A stretch of DNA of 64,000 bases, taken from NCBI GenBank assembly GCA_034780895.1, contig JAUZTB010000001.1:127478307-127542306 (forward strand), read 5' to 3'. A program made the translations under genes and the position numbers. Under the pieces are notes generated by a model that had not been told where the DNA came from, made no database searches, and saw only the letters and a program-made list of their open reading frames with translations. Origin of the DNA: Rhynchobatus australiae (Eukaryota). Shown here piece after piece: positions 61,461-64,000 of this stretch; position 1 is the stretch's first letter; every line of letters begins with the position of its first letter.

Positions 61461-63749
61461 TAGAGATAACTGCAGTAAAAAATCAGTGTCAAGGGATTTC
61501 TTATTTGCACCTTCAACATTTCATAAACATCAACTGTTTAGTCACNNNNNNNNNNNNNNNNNNNNNNNNNNNNNNNNNNNNNNNNNNNNNNNNNNNNNNN
61601 NNNNNNNNNNNNNNNNNNNNNNNNNNNNNNNNNNNNNNNNNNNNNCACACAGCAACTCACTACCAACTCCTCAAATTTAAGTTCCCAGCCCAGTATCTTT
61701 GGTGTTCACCTCACTACAGGTTCATCCAACTCATTAGCAGTTATTCCCCCCACCCCCAAATCCAACACAAACTCCCACAACTTTCTATTTCTCTCATTCT
61801 TGTGTATTCTCTTCACCCGACTCTAAACTCCAGTTATCTCCTGTATCACTTATTGCGTATACACACATCGTGGCTCCACAAAATGGAGTCCACCATACTG
61901 TTGCTTTGCAAACATCTGTACCTGTTTACAGCTGCACTAAGTCTTCTTAAAGGGGAAATATATAGCATTCTTAAAGTGGGCACAATAACATAACAATACT
62001 CCAACCATGCAGGTCTTCACTTTAACTATCTTGATAGCACTCCTTTTTCCACTTGCATCTTGTTACAGTGTCCCTTTATACACACAGAAAAAACAGCCCT
62101 TTGATAAAGTTTTAATCATCGCTCCCAACCTATTCTAGCTTTGACCTGTTTTGTTAAACCCCTACAGTCTGTCAGAAAGATTTTCTACATTAGAATTGTT
62201 ATTTAAGCTTATTCAAGTACTTTTAGTAATTGCAACAAAGAGTATTTATTTAAAAGGTCCTTTAACCAAGCAAAACCCTATGATATACTTCATGGAGATG
62301 TTTGTGAAGATGATCAATGCTTCAGAAATAGATTTTAAGCAGCTTTTGTTTTAAAAAGGAGGAAAAAGTGTCAGAGAGGCAGCAAAGTTCAGGGAGTCAG
62401 TTCCTAAGCTTCAGGGCTGGGCAGTTGAAGGCACAGTCACCAACAGTGGACTGATTACATTTTGGGGATGAAATAGGCCAAAATTCGAAGATTACAAACT
62501 CCTCAAAGTCTGGAGTAATGAAGGAGATTACATTGGAGAGATTTGAAAACGTTTCCGCAAAACTATTACCATGACTTCATATACAATGAGGGCTGAATTA
62601 TCACGTTAGAATGATAGAAAAACTATTGTTTTTTTTTGCAGAAAACTTGGATAAAGATAAAATCTTCATTCCAATTAACCTGCTGGGTATTTTTCACAAG
62701 TAGATTTGCTTTGCAGTGCAGGCATCTGTTCCCACTCTTTCAGAATACCGTCACCTACCCTTCGATTGTGCTGCAGATTCACACCAACTTTTCACACAGA
62801 AATGTTAAGATCTATTTATTTCCATTGAATTTTCAGACATTAGTATGTAAGAATTTCTTGGTTATACTTTCAACCATAACTGTAAAGGCCATAGGTAGAT
62901 TATCAAACTTTAAAAATGACCAATCAAGCCTGTTATCCTTTTAAATAAAATCCTCTCAGGAAGAACACTTAACGTTTGTTTAAGTAATGTCACAAAAATT
63001 AGCGCACACTTCCTTTGTTCACCATTTTAATATAGGAATTAATAGACTTAAGAGAAATAGTTTACAAAGGAATAAAAGGCAAGTGCTTTGACAAGAATAA
63101 AGCCACCATGCAGAGTTTCTATTAAAATCTCTCCTGATTTAGCACAATCTGAGCATCTGCATTTTATTTTCAGTTGAGTTTAAGAAAAGGGGCTTATATC
63201 CATCTCCAAGGCTCTCTGTATCACCAACGTGTGCTCACCTTTCCAGTCACTAAATCTCTCCACTCAAGCTATCTCTCTTCCAGGCTCATTTCCTCCAAAT
63301 ACCTCTTTTAGAGGTTTAGAGGTTGGGTCACTGATAGAATATAACTCAATTTAAATTCTTCCACCTTCTCTATGATGCTACAAATCCTGCTTTTCAATTA
63401 TTACCCATCCTCACTGACTTTTACTGATTCTTTCCTCTAACTCACTAAATTCAACACCATAAGGAAGAAGAGCTAATGTGGTTTTATGAAAGGGGAATCA
63501 TGTTTGACAAATTTGCTGGAGTTCTTTAAATCTGCACCAATGTGTGTTTCATGTTCCCTTTCTGTCCCCTAACCACTCCCTCGACCACATCAACATATTA
63601 CACAAAACCCTTGCGCTTCTGTTATGCAGTAATTTTTCACGAGGCTCCTTATTGGGAGAGGAGGTGGGAGGTGGTGGGGTGGTGAAGATAAGAAAGGGCA
63701 ACCAGTGGACATCCTCTGTTTGGATTTACAAATGCCATGCCAGAGAAGC

Positions 63750-64000
63750 TATATGAAAGATTACTGCATTACATAAAAACACAAGGGGTTCAAGTAGTAC
63801 ATTGACATAATACAAAGGTGTGACTTGGGAATGGAAAGGGAACATGAAACAAATGTCAGCACCTGGCTACAGCAAGTAAGGTTAGTAGAATGATAGCCTT
63901 TACCCAAAGGGTATGGAGTATAAAAGCAGGAGAGTTTGATAGAATTTTGCAGGGCACTGTTGAGACTACTGCTGGAGTTCCACATACAGTTTTGATTTCC
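63750..64000 (+). mobile_element. Decayed CR1 fragment
   Basis: ggagtataaaagcaggagagtttgatagaattttgcagggcactgttgagactactgctggagt resembles the EYKS.EV.L.LY.ALVRP.LEY segment. Confidence 0.6.

Overview
Vertebrate genomic DNA, almost certainly from a cartilaginous fish (shark or ray), judged from its repeat landscape: HE1/V-SINEs, CR1/HER1-type LINEs, Deu-domain SINEs and Penelope fragments. It is a draft assembly with many N gaps. There is one protein-coding gene, FLRT2, whose entire ORF lies in one exon on the minus strand (18488-20479). It has a uATG-rich 5' leader, a probable long AU-rich 3' UTR and a CpG-rich promoter-like region at about 21.4-24.6 kb. The rest is non-coding and dense in retroelement debris. 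The least routine signals are: (i) a family of short Penelope-derived fold-back elements carrying degenerate minimal hammerhead-ribozyme cores, two of which share a CUGAUGCA core variant; (ii) a diverged ~400-bp inverted repeat (26833-27230 / 29690-30190) of unrecognised sequence that brackets a candidate exon of a divergent plus-strand transcript; (iii) a 102-codon uORF whose stop overlaps the first in-frame FLRT2 ATG (TAATG); (iv) V-SINEs with the same head but different LINE-derived tails. No wholly new protein-coding system is supported. Repeat family names come from recalled consensus sequences and by-eye comparison, not from a database search, and repeat boundaries are approximate.
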